Assembly: GCA_030141605.1 (NCBI GenBank)
Contig: JAQGDQ010000730.1
Span: 86,524-106,164, forward strand
Direction: 5' to 3'
DNA: 19,641 nt
DNA from: Tubiluchus corallicola
Taxonomy: Eukaryota > Animalia > Priapulida
Shown here: in pieces, positions 1-11,779 of the stretch
Position numbering within the stretch: the first letter of the stretch is position 1
How the letters are laid out: the number at the start of each line of letters is the position of its first letter
Translations under genes and position numbers: made by a program
The notes under the pieces: generated by a model
The model's database searches: none
What the model was told of the DNA's origin: nothing
Seen by the model: only the letters and a program-made list of their open reading frames with translations

Positions 1-608
1 GTTTTTTTCTGACAGAATTGAAAATGAAAGAAGTCTTTTTATTAGCAATTCAGATTTAGAAAGCTTTTCGAGAAAGATTAACCAAACATTTGAGAATAAG
101 AGAAAATGACTTTGTGGCTCATTGACTGACTTAATTCGAGCAGGTTGTGTGTTTGCAAGACAGGACGTCTAAGTACACGGTGAGTATAAGATTTTATTGC
201 TTTAATGTAACACTAGAGTGTGAATTATAATATTCCCTGTATTAGATTGCTGAAAATGGCAATTTTCTTCGGAAATTTTAGGAGATGATTATATTAACCA
301 AACTCTTTACAGCGTAAGACTGTACTCTGCTTGAATAATGATAATGTCTCTTATTCTCTACAGTATAAATGAATAGGACGAATGCTACTTGGATAATATT
401 CTTTAAACGACTCTATTCTTTTTTCTTAGATTAACAAAATGTCCTCATCAAGGCCACCAACGACAACGACGGCGTCTAGGATGACAACAACTTCAACAAC
501 AACAACATCGTCATCGTCATCAGCGTCGACGCCAGTAACCTTCGCGCAACCTTCAAGAAGGGGAGTCATTTGGATGCTATCGTTTTAAAAAATCGTCGAC
601 TATGGCAG

Positions 609-725
609 GTATATATATATATATATATAATGAAGAAAACTTTACACAGTGTTTTTTTCTCATTGTTGACGATGCTAATGTCACACTCTTATGGGCATTG
701 CATAAAATAAATTTCCTTTTTACAG
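609..725 (+). other. Predicted spliceosomal intron in the 5' extension of polB (phase 2)
   Basis: CAG|GTATAT donor at 609 and TTTCCTTTTTACAG acceptor ending 725. Removal keeps the ATG-439 frame continuous with ORF 739-1107, although that frame has a TAA at 586. Confidence 0.5.
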
Positions 726-989
726 AAAGCACTCTTCGGTGACGACTCCATCATCACCATCATCGTCATCGGTGTCATTGCCAACAACGACAACGACGAC
801 AACAACAACAACAACAACAACACCACCAACACCACCAGTGGCAACTATGCCGACAATAACGCCACCGCCAGCGTCGGCAGCACCACCACCGTCACCGGCG
901 ACAGCGACATCATCATCTGATGAAGAATCTATGAACCACTTGCCCCAATTGCGTCCACCAGGGGTGAGATCTTTCGTGCATCACGAAAG

Positions 990-1130
990 GTTAATAATCT
1001 CTTATATTAATGTTATTAAAGGAATTTACACTGTGCGCATTCGCTTCATGTTATTTTTATCGATGTTATTAAAGGAATTTGTGCGTATGCATATTATTTA
1101 CATCTAAAACATGCTCTTTTTTCTTTTCAG
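990..1130 (+). other. Predicted spliceosomal intron joining the Thr/Pro-rich exon to the polymerase N-terminus (phase 2)
   Basis: AAG|GTTAAT donor at 990 and a strong polypyrimidine acceptor CTCTTTTTTCTTTTCAG ending 1130. Splicing gives in-frame ...HHES-GYEFHLV... Confidence 0.65.
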
Positions 1131-3348
1131 TGGATATGAATTCCACCTGGTGGATGATGCTCATAATGCAACGTTACAAGTATGGAGGTGTAGAACATCG
1201 GGTATAGATATAGAATGGATTTTGGATGATATTTCTGTTGCCATTGAAATGTTAGGTCAAACGCATTTAGAAAGCGGTTTTGCCACGCGCATACAACTAA
1301 CCGTAAATGCCACAATTGATCATCCCCTCCCCGTTGAAGAAGTAGAAAGAAAAAGAGATTCGTATTTCAATAGTGGATTTCATGATTTTTGGGACGAATG
1401 GTATAGCATGGCTAGAGCCATTTTAGTCGAAAATATCGAATCTTATTCGAAAAATGGCTCTGGTTATGTGATAAGTGATTTCCCATTTATTGAATTTCAA
1501 CTGGCGAAGTATGAACATCTCTCTACTGTTAAGGGTCATGGTGGATTTTGTAAATTACCAGCCGAATTATTAACCAAAAAAGCGCTGCTCATTATCTCCT
1601 CCGATCATGATGCTCTCTGTTTCAAATATGCCATTTTAAGGTCTTTATATGCTCATTTGTTATCGAAGCACAAAAACGCCTTAGCGACAATTATGATCAG
1701 TTTGCCCACCTTTTAAATTGGCAGCATATCGAATTTCCCACCAAAGCTTTTCAGAAATTTAATCCGGAGTATTGTTTAAACATTTTTATGTATTCTAACA
1801 GAGATGCTAAAAAACAAGCGTTTAAAATGCATTTATAATCCTCCGTGCAGAATAGTAGAAGGCAGAAAATTTATTAATCTTTTACTGTATAATCCACTCA
1901 AGTCCAGTCAAGCCGATTATACTCAATGTCATTATCTAACCATCACCAATTTCAATCGCCTGCTAAATAAACAGTGTGAGTCGCATAATTATTGCGAAAG
2001 ATGTATGCCCCCATTTTATAGAAATCGTATTACTCTTGAACAGCATAGGCGCATATGCTACACCATCGACGGGCACGTGCAAGAAAAATTACCGCCTCCA
2101 CACACCAAAGTAGGCTTTGAGAATATTCGCAAAGCCATGTCACCTAGTTACATCGCATATTGCGATTTCGAGGTCATACTCTTACCTAATGATGACCCAC
2201 TTTTGAAAACTAAGCATGAACCTTTTGCGGCGGGAATATATTTAGTGCTCGAAGAAACAATGTTGGTGAATCCCCTCCCCTGCGATTATAAGCAATTCAT
2301 TGGCGAAGATTGTACGCATCAATTAATGCTCTATCTATATGAATTGGCCCATTGAATTTGACATACGCTAAACAGCCACTATGTAGGAGTGCTCGCGATG
2401 AAGAAATTTTTCAAAATGCTACTCATTGCGTCTACTGTAAAACGGTATTCACCGAAGCAGAAAAAATACGCGAACACTGTCACTTAACAGGTGTTTACCA
2501 TGGGGCGGCGTGTGTGTCGTGTAATGCTAAAATGAGAAGTTATACATAATTTTAGAAATTACGACTCCCATTTCATACTGCAACATGACATCATTAAAGA
2601 TTCTCGTATTAGCGTAATAGCACAGACCTCGGAAAAAAATACCTCACTCTTAGGTGGTCCTTTAAAGCAGAACAAAAACCCACGCATCAAAAAAGACCCG
2701 ATTTGATACAAGTAATGTTCATCGATTCTTTCTAACATCTCCAGTCCAGTCTATCCAATCTCGCGTCAAACTTAAACGAGCACAAAAACACAAATCTCAT
2801 GATGCTTGATTATCCTTTGCTTTCGAAATCCACAATTGATGACAAAGGAATTATGTGTTATGAATATGTTAATAATTCATCCGTGTTGGAAGAGAAACGT
2901 CTCCCCGCCATAGAGCATTTTTATAGCTCTTTGACGGGTGAAAGTGTATCGCAAACAGATTATGAATTACCGCAAACTGCATGGCGTGAATTTGGTTGTC
3001 GCAATCTGCGCGACTATTATCTTAGATATTTAGAATTAGATTGCAGATTATTGGCAGACGTGTTTTGCGATTATCGAAGAATGTGCTTGCATCATTTCGG
3101 ATTAGGTGCGATTCATTATTGCACCTTACCCTCGCTGACATGGGATGCTGCTTTTAAAACGTGCGATATTCGGGTAGACGCTATTTCTGATATAACCATG
3201 TTTGAAAAATTCGAAAGCAACATACGTGGTGGAAGCGTTTTCGTTAATGTTCACAAACTCGAAGCTAACTGCCCCAAATTGCCTGAAACCTATGATCCAT
3301 CTAAAGCGCTAACGTATCTTTTACCAACTCAACTTTAGTCATCTCTTT

Positions 3349-3566
3349 AGACATCTCTTTAGAGGTCACAACTTCTAAGATAGAGATGAAGAAAAAGGTT
3401 AGCAAAAAAACCAGGTTGCTCTTCAGGAAGGCCCACTGAATGTGTGGAATGTGAGGTAAACCAGCAGTGGCCACATTTTCTCGATGTGTGGAATGATGTC
3501 ACATCGAGAAATGTGGCCACTGCTGGTTTACCTGATCAAACAGATGTCGCCGTAAATGCAACTGCT
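3349..3566 (-). repeat. Inverted copy of 9196-9413 inserted in polB
   Basis: About 218 bp match the reverse complement of 9196-9413 with scattered substitutions. Both translate as ECEVN.Q.PHFLDVWNDV.SRN...GLPDQTD.AVNATA. Confidence 0.95.
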
Positions 3567-3570
3567 GCTC

Positions 3571-3809
3571 CCCACTTCACTTTTTTTAGGGGGGTGATTT
3601 TTGTTCCCACTCCCGACAGTCGAGGGGGGGGGGCGTGACCCGTCAACCAACCATCACTCCTAATCCTTAAATTGGTCACTTAACTAGCACGACAATAGAG
3701 CCACTTCACTTTTTAGGGGTGTTTCCGGATTTTCGCACTTTTTAGGGGTGTTTTTTTTCCCCACCCCCCCCCCCGGGCAGCCAAAGGGGGCGTGGGGAAA
3801 TCGGCCAGA
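3571..3809 (+). repeat. Direct copy of a terminal-repeat fragment (16204-16433) inserted in polB
   Basis: CCCACTTCACTTTTTT..AGGGGGTGATTTTTGTTCCCAC...GAAATCGGCCAGA matches 16204-16433 and its copies, with a short internal rearrangement (CAGCCAAAGGGGGCGTGG). It lacks the last 16 nt of the shared end. Confidence 0.95.
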
Positions 3810-4874
3810 ATTTCCAAAATTCATTCTGTTGTCTCATTTCGTCAGACATCAATTTTTCGTAGTTTTATTGCGGCTAACAGCTTAAAGAGACAAGAAGCTA
3901 AAAATGCTTTCGAAAAAGATCTTTTTAAGCTGTTCAATAACAGTTTATTTGGTAAAAGTATGGAAAACGTTCGCAAACGTTGCTCTTTAAAATTGGCCAC
4001 TAGTCAAAAAGCGTGCGAACAATTTTTGAGGCGACCGGACCACCAAGATTTTAACATTTTTAATAATACTGTGAGTGCTCACAGACTGCGCAAAACCAAT
4101 GTTCTCTTAGATAGGCCAATATATATAGGTCAGACCGTTCTTGACCTTTCTAAATTGATAATGTATCGCCTTCGCTACGAAACATTCAGTGATGACGAAA
4201 TGAAAATTTTATCTCCTGAAGCTGATGTGAAAATTGTCGGTTCGGACACGGATTCATTTTTTCTCCAAGTAAAAAATCTGAGTGTGCCCGAGATTTTAAT
4301 CCCCCATTTTCTACAGAAAGGAAACGTGATCGATACCTCGAATTATCCTAAAGATCACGTTTTTTATCGGGAGGAAAATCGGGCACGCTTAGGTTGTTTC
4401 AAAGATGAGTCACAAGGCTCGCTTCACCAACAATGGATTTTACTTAAGCCCAAATTATACAGCATGAAGAGCGTTGATTTTCGACAAAGCAAAAAGCGCG
4501 CCAAAGGTGTCGATAGGCGCACAATTTCAAAACAAATAACTCACGAAGATTTTGAGCGTGCCTTTACAGAGCAGGTGGAAATGACGCACGAGACAATTCG
4601 CTTCACATCGCAACGACATCACATATACACTAAACATTCTTCCAAAAGATCGCTATCTTTTTTTGATGATAAAAGATGCTGGCTGTCAAAAAATTTCAGC
4701 GTTCCATACGGGCATTATTTAGTAGACCAGACGAAACCTTTTGTTTCTAGTGTCGCTCCTCCCGTCGAAAATCGACCTTTTCACGGACCTCCTAACGTAA
4801 CTGTTGTCAATATCTGTGATGATGATGTTGATGTTGATGATGATGATGACGATGATGATAGTGATATTCTATGA
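3810..4874 (+). pseudogene. polB: Uninterrupted C-terminal pPolB fragment (fingers, palm motifs B and C, thumb) with poly-Asp tail
   Basis: ORF 3792-4874. Polymerase-like sequence resumes at ISKIHSVVSF (3810) and contains KLFNNSLFGKSMENVRKR, PIYIGQTVLDLSK, DTDS, LGCFKDE and KRAKGV. The first six codons of the ORF come from the insertion. Confidence 0.9.
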
Positions 4875-5123
4875 CAACAAATATGTTAGAGGGAGGGGCA
4901 CGGTCCGAACCGACTAAATATTGTATTTATGTAACAGTCTGTAGTCTGTTTGAAATTGTGAATTGAACACAATATATGAACATGTTTAATTGATAAATGC
5001 TATACCCCCATTATATGTGTAACAGTTTGTCTGTTGCAATCCCACCTCCTCCATTCTATACCTAATACATCATTGTATGAAGCCACTATATGATGTTTTA
5101 AAGTATTGTTGTTAGTAAATGAT

Positions 5124-5369
5124 GTTAAATATAGTATGCAATCATTCCCATGTTGGTGATGCTGTTAAATATAGTATGCAATCATTCCCATGTTGCTGAT
5201 GCTGTTAAATATACTGTTAAGTGACAGTGTTCACGTATTTTTTCTGCTTCGGTGAATACCGTTTTACAGTAGACGCATCATTCCCATGTTGGTGATGCTG
5301 TTAAATATAGTATGCAATCATTCCCATGTTGGTGATGCTGTTAAATATAGTATGCAACCATTCCCATGT
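5124..5369 (+). repeat. 40-bp minisatellite in two clusters, in the likely polB 3' UTR
   Basis: Unit GTTAAATATAGTATGCAATCATTCCCATGTTGGTGATGCT starting at 5124, 5164, 5204 (partial), 5300 and 5340. Confidence 0.9.
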
Positions 5370-5467
5370 CATAAAAAGACTGTATTGTTGTTAAGAGTGT
5401 ATTGTTGTTACTTATGATGTTTTAAAGTATTTTTTAATAAGTTGTTTTAAAAAGTGTTGTTGTTGCT

Positions 5468-5473
5468 AATAAA
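5468..5473 (+). terminator. Candidate polyadenylation signal for polB
   Basis: AATAAA about 600 bp after the polB stop, followed by T-rich sequence. Confidence 0.3.
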
Positions 5474-5558
5474 GTGTTTTAAAAATAATTTTTATTCTTT
5501 CACATGGCTTTATATATTTAATTTTTATTTTTCGCAAATGCACCAAGCTTAAAAAGAA

Positions 5559-6212
5559 ATTAACATTAAAAATGAGTGTAATCTAAAATTTTTATTTTTC
5601 CACTAATGTATTATAATACGCTTACAAAATACATTCAATGATCAGCTATCGCCGTCATGCATTACAGAACAACATAGGAGCGTTATATTTCCCTGGTAAG
5701 TATTTAACATTAAAAAAAAAAAAATGTAATCTAAAATTTTTATTTTTCCACTAATGTATTATAATACGCATACAAAAACACATTCAATGAACAGGTAGTG
5801 CCATCTTGCATTACAGAACAACACTTTCAATGAATAGATAGCACAGTCATGCATTAATTTCACTGGAAATAGGTGTCGTTAATTTTCCAATGAAAGCTTT
5901 AGCCATATAAATTGTTCAAACGTTGGTGTGCTGTGCGCTAGCGTCATCTACCAGTGAATGCATGGTTAGTTCGCATAATGGCACTACAAACAAATTCTTC
6001 AGACTGTAATAAACATTGCACGCCCAGGTGTCATTAATTTCCAATGAAAGCTTTAGCCATATAAATTGTTCAAACGTTGATAAGCTGTACGCTAGCGTCA
6101 TCTGGCAATGCTCACTGACAATAAGGAAGTGAATGTTTGGCTAGCCCTCATAATGACGCCACCTGTTCACACACACATTCCAGTGAAATATAATGCTCCT
6201 TTGTTGTTTTGT
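5559..6212. repeat. Mosaic of ~150-bp-period direct repeats and short inverted repeats
   Basis: 5559-5673 resembles 5704-5823; 5872-5980 resembles 6027-6155; 5664-5696 is the reverse complement of 6180-6212 (29/33 by eye). Confidence 0.75.
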
Positions 6213-7185
6213 ATTTCAAACTAAAAAACTAGTGTGACTTCGAGTCTAGCTCAAACAAACAGTGTTCCTCTGCAGTTTTTAACCTGTGCTGAATTAAGAG
6301 CAACAACAATAAAATAATAAAATGTATTTTCAAGCTTTTCGAATTTATGGCTGCATAAACACAGATCGCTTTGTTGTCACAAACACCATGTTAATAAAAT
6401 GCGTCACTGTAGAAAAATAAAAGACGTAATTACTAGATTAGTAAATGCTGTGTAGAATAAACACGAAAGACCTTTCATTGTCTTCTGACTTAGTTCAGAA
6501 GTAAGTCTCTATTAAGTGCCTCTCCCATGGTCGCCTGTTATAGCTTAATGTGGTACACACACACCATTTGTTAACTATAGTACACTTTATACTCAGAATA
6601 TAAGACAATAATAAATGAGGCATAAACAGGCTAAAGGTACTGTAAATTAAATTTTCACATTTTGTCAAGTTGCCCCAATATGGTCCTCGAACCCACTGCT
6701 GCGTCACTGACAGTTTTCTACAACCAAACGAGTCTTTATTCTTTTCATAAAAATTTCTTCAATGGTACAATACGTTACCGAAACGTCGCAAAATAAGTTA
6801 AAATTACTTTTTGTTTTATTAGGTGGTAACACGTATAGTTATGTACACAATGGGCTTAGCCTTTTGGGCCCTATTAATATTCCCGAAAAGCCACAATACA
6901 TGCATTATAGCCTTTTTCAGTCTTTTACACTTTTACTTTTTGAATATTGTTATCATAGTTGCGTGACAGCATGTGCATATTTATTTTATGTAGAACATTT
7001 TCACTTGACGATTTTGTATTTTGGTCTATACGTCGGCATACTGACGTCCAAATAAGTGTTTTTGATCTCAATGAAAAAGAATACGAGGTTTCCCCAGTAC
7101 ACGTATCTACATCATCACCTCTTAGTTACTTTCTTTGAATAGGTGAGAAGTGACTTCTTTATTCTTGATTTTTATCATGACAGGT

Positions 7186-7340
7186 ACAATGAGACTCGAA
7201 TATAATTTCGTAAATTTCCTGTTTATTTGCATTTTCTTATTTAAACAACTTAGTTGTTGGTGCCACAATGAGACTCGAATATAATTTCATAAATTTCCTG
7301 TTTATTTACATTTTCTTATTTAAACAACTTAGTTGTTGGT
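7186..7340 (+). repeat. Tandem duplication of 76 bp (period 79)
   Basis: ACAATGAGACTCGAATATAATTTC...TTAGTTGTTGGT at 7186-7261 and 7265-7340, separated by GCC. Confidence 0.92.
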
Positions 7341-8958
7341 AATTACAGGAAGCTGAGTAAGATGCACTACATTGTAGTCATCAATGACTTCATTTCCTCG
7401 CTGGAAAAGGTCGTTTCTCTATGCTTCTACAAGGTTTATTATTATTATGTCTATACTGATATGCCTATACTGGTGTGTTGTTAAAAGGGAATAATTTATT
7501 TTTATTGTAGTAATAATAATTATAGCTCTTAAAACACCGGTCTCGGGAGCGTTAGCGAAAGCATTGTTTTGTAGTGCCACCTATAGGAGAAAAATAAATT
7601 AGCTGAGTGTAAATAATTTTATGTAGTTGATTATACATTAAAGATCAACACAATTTTACCACAAGATGTTATTTATTTTTTCATTATTTACATCAAATTT
7701 TGTACACAAATTTTGTACACAAAAATCTCTCATCAATTTATGGGAATTCTAGTAAACTAACCAACATGACTGATTATGTAAAAGGCATTTGTGACGTCGC
7801 TACACTGAGTACAAATAATTTCAAAGTTCACATGTCGTATAATTATAGTACATAAAACAATATAGTTTCTCTGCAAGCAAAATATCTTTGCGGCAACAAT
7901 ACATACACAAATGCACTTAATTATCACAAAATATATCTTAAAGCAGCATTTAAAATTCATCTATAAAATCCCAACAACGAGGTGGAAAAACTACTCCTTT
8001 TGCTCAATACGTTAACAGAGGTAGTGGTGGTTAACCTTACAAACTGTAGCTTGAGTGAGCTGTCACACAGTTCCATTCCATACATTCTAAGACTGAGACA
8101 ACTTATTCTCAGGAACAATATCCTATCAACTTTTGATCCAAAGTTTGTAAATCGATAAACCAAAGTATCACTAGCTAACATGCTTAAATGTTAAACATCA
8201 CAAATTGATACAGATAGCATAAGCAGAATGAATTTAAATTCTTTAACGTAATTAAAGTGTCATTAAAGCGAAAACTGTTACTTATGCAAAAGCGCTTGAA
8301 CAGAGAGTAATTCATTTACAGTCCAAAGTATTTTTTGAGATCAAAGATAAATGAGTGCAGTTTAAAGAATTGAAAACTTTTGGGGTGTCTGGTTGTTGGT
8401 GTATAAAAATTAATTTTTTTGCAAACAATTTATGTATAGCCTTGCTAAGGTGTAATGTCCTCAAGTCAAGTCAACTATCCCTTGAAAGTTTCTGTTTTTT
8501 TCCTACTATCGCAGTCTGTTATTCAAAAGTTGTTTACCAAAATGCTCGGTTTTAATGGGTGTCAGGTTATGCATGAGCACACATGGTTCAATGGTAAACG
8601 TATTAGATTTTAATGCTTTAAATTTCATGTATTATCTGTATATTGGAATATAGGTTTTAGGAGTGATCACGGAATTCCAAAAAAGTAAAAAACATGAGTG
8701 TATTAGTTTGTCATGCTTTAATTCAAACGAGGAAAAAAAGCAAAAAGACATGATTTGCAGATTTAAAACTTAAAAAGTGTCTGAAAATAAATGTGACGAA
8801 CATCATACTTAATTTTATACACTAAGTGTGGTCAGAAAATACTTAATTGTACAATATTAAGTCACCTCATAATTACTGATTTTTGACGCAAATAAAAAAA
8901 TTACTATCTTAATATTAATAGTGGATGTCACACCTTACAAATCACATAGAAAAGTGAA

Positions 8959-9441
8959 TTATGATTTTGGTGACTCGTGTTTAACAGCATTTGCTGAATC
9001 ACTTTCTGCTACATAACCTAAATTATCTACTCCAGCACTGCTTTCTTGGTGCACAGTAACCTCTGCATCCAAAGTATGGGCGTCATGCTGCATGTTATCT
9101 TCCAAGACAAGTGATGCAGTCATTGAGTGAGGTTGTACATCAATATCGATACTTTCATTTATAAGATTCCCAGGAGCAGCAATTGATACTGTGTTAGCAG
9201 TTGCATTTACGGCGTCATCTGTTTGATCAGGTAAACCAACACTGTCCGCATTTCTCGATATGACATCATTCCACACATCGAGAAAATGTGGACACTGGTG
9301 GTTTACCTCACATTCCACACATTCAGTGGGCCTTCTTGAAGAGCAACCTGGTTTTTTTGCTAACCTTTTTCTTCATCTCTATCTTAGAAGTTGTAACCTC
9401 TAAAGAGATGTCTGATTCTAGACTACTAGCAGCTTTGTTAT
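8959..9441 (-). pseudogene. Exon-like remnant of an unknown acidic protein gene, probably multi-exon up to ~10090
   Basis: 119-codon D/E/S/A-rich ORF 8959-9318. A minus-strand acceptor TTTGTTTTTTGTAG lies just upstream of 9441, but reading from it needs a frameshift near 9370. Further acceptor-led blocks start near 9915 and 10090. No family recognised. Confidence 0.4.
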
Positions 9442-10547
9442 CTACAAAAAACAAATAATTTATAAAAAACTTTTTAACACATAATAATGACAGCGATCAG
9501 ATGATGTAAACTGCTTAAAAATATTTAATGCAAAATCTTCATTTGAAGCACAAATTTTCTACATCGCATACTTTTGAATCAATAACGCCACTAAGTCTTA
9601 ACTAACTAGTTTGTTGGTGAAACTTAACTAAGGTCGTTATAAATTTTATTTTTCCATAAGCATGTCTTAGGCCTGTGCTTTACCAAAATAATCTGATGGT
9701 ATTGAAAATAAAAGCTGCATGTGGGTAACCAATATATATATATAGTACAATATATACAGTATTGTTAATAGGACTTTCTGGTGTAACAAAACAACATTTT
9801 TTATAGAAACACAAGTACACAAATTACAAACCTTTAGGAACCTCTTTGGTTTCTTTATTTTTGTCTAGTGTAACCAATGATGATGACATGGTCCGATCTT
9901 TGCTCCACTTTTTATCTAACAGAACAATAATAACTAATATTAGTTAAAATAATGTGCATAAAATTATCTTTCTAACTATACTTTACAACAAAGTAAGCTT
10001 AAAAGTCTAGCACGCTGGAAAAATATCAATAAATTGTCTTTGATGAGAAAATTGCTCAGCATCTCAGAGTCAAACTCGACTACACGAGCACTAAAACAAA
10101 CAATAATAATGCACGTTATAACTAAATAGTTAAATTGATATTACTTGTGAAAGCATTTCATTCCCACGTTAGAAGCAGTGTTTGTCAACTAAAGTCATAT
10201 TTGCATTATACCTAAAGTGTCAATTCTTAAAGTCTCTAGGTTCAGAAGCAGTGTTTGCAGTTGCTCTGTACTCAGATAAAAACTTTAATAATCAGATAAT
10301 GTAATAAGGCTAACTGTAATAACTTCTTGTATGTACCTTTTGCTTTCTTTGTAATAATACTAACAGATTACTACACCCGCTAATGTGGATAAGAGCAGCC
10401 CACAAAAATGCCTCACCATCATCATCCATGACGTCGTCGTTGTCGTCGTCATCATCGTCGTCGTCGTCCTCGTCGTCATCGTTGTCGACGTCGTTGCCGT
10501 CGTCGTCATCGTCGTCGTCGCGGGCACCATTTTGATGCTACTTGGTG

Positions 10548-11209
10548 TTATGCGGAGTGACTCACTAAAGCCGCCATTGTGCGGAACTGCATGTTGCATT
10601 GAGCACACAAAAACGGTCCGTTACCACGACAGCCGCCATTTTGCTGCTGCTGCTGTTGTGTGGTGTGGCACTCTAGCATCCCCAATGTGTGGAACATCGA
10701 GCTACATTGTCCACACAAAAGCGTCACAGCAGCATCAGCGACATTTTGTTGCTGATGCTGTTGTAAGGCGTGCTTCTCTAAAGCCTCCTTTGTGTGGAAG
10801 GCTATGTCGCATCGACCACACAAAAACGGCCCCTCGTCATCGCAGCCACCATTTTTGTACTGCTGCTGCTGTTGTGTGACATGGCACTCTAAACCCGCCA
10901 ATGTGTAGAACGCCATGCCACATTGGCAACACAAAAACGACACAACAGTATCATACAACACAACAGTATCATCGTCACCATCTTGAGCATCATTTTGTTG
11001 CTGCTGCTGGTGTGTGATGTGCCTCACTAAATCCGCCAATGTGCGGAATACCAAACCACATCGGTCACACGAAAACGGCCCGTCCTCGTCACAGCAGCCA
11101 TTTTGTTGCTGCCACTGTTGTCGTGTGGCGTGCCACTCTAACGCCGTCAATGTGTGGAACCCCATACCGCATTGCCCACACAAAAACGGTACAACAGCAG
11201 CGGCAGCAA

Positions 11210-11242
<33 letters not shown>

Positions 11243-11619
11243 CCTCATCACCATTTTGTTGCTGCTGGTGTTGTAACACGTGACTCTCTAAAGTCGACTT
11301 TGTGTTGAACCACATGCCACATCGGTCACACAAAAACGGCCCATCATCATCTTCCACCTTGACACCATTTTGTTGCTGCTGCTGTTGTAACACATGGCTC
11401 TCTAAAGCCGTCATTGTGTGGAGCAGCATGCCGCATCGGACACACAAAAACGGCCCACCATCATCGCCACCTTGAGTGGCATTTTGTTGCTGCTGCTGTT
11501 GTAACACATGGCTCTCTAAAGCCGTCATTGTGTGGAACAGCATGCCACATCGCTCACACAAAAACGGCCCAACATAAGCTTCAACAGCATCATCAACGCC
11601 ACCTTGGTTGCCACGCTGC

Positions 11620-11686
<67 letters not shown>

Positions 11687-11745
11687 GCTGTTGTTGTTGG
11701 CGTCGTCTCGTTAAATGTCTCCGTAGATCATGGTTGCCACGTTGC

Positions 11746-11779
<34 letters not shown>

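Larger units (their letters stand above)
439..4874 (+). pseudogene. polB: Protein-primed family-B DNA polymerase (DNA_pol_B_2, Maverick/Polinton/adintovirus type), disrupted
   Basis: Ordered motifs across ORF fragments: NGSG; KLP..LLTKKA..CFKYAIL; HY..ITNFNRLL; CERC..H..C; ExoI YCDFE; CVYC..EHCHLTG..HGAAC..CN; ExoII HNFRNYDSHFIL (from 2545, shifted frame); FIDS; KGIMCYEY; ExoIII YLELDCRLLADVF; IRGG; motif B KLFNNSLFGK; motif C SDTDS (4242-4256); KPKLYS; KRAKGV; DDKR; PYGH. Frameshifts near 1690, 1800, 2350, 2545 and 2640, in-frame TAA at 586 and 2733, and motif A is absent (replaced by 3324-3809). Confidence 0.93.

Noticed and set aside
610-629. (TA)n run
   Set aside because: Ordinary intronic microsatellite.
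3444-3638. 64-aa ORF inside polB
   Set aside because: Chimeric product of the templated insertion (copy of the 9-kb exon fused to terminal repeat), not an independent gene.
5124-5369. 40-bp repeats as a CRISPR array
   Set aside because: Head-to-tail units without unique spacers, no cas genes, and a eukaryotic context.
5916-8555. Small ORFs of 61-97 aa (5916, 6495, 6762, 7757, 7957, 8355)
   Set aside because: Composition typical of random AT-rich DNA with no recognisable domain. Decayed exons cannot be excluded.
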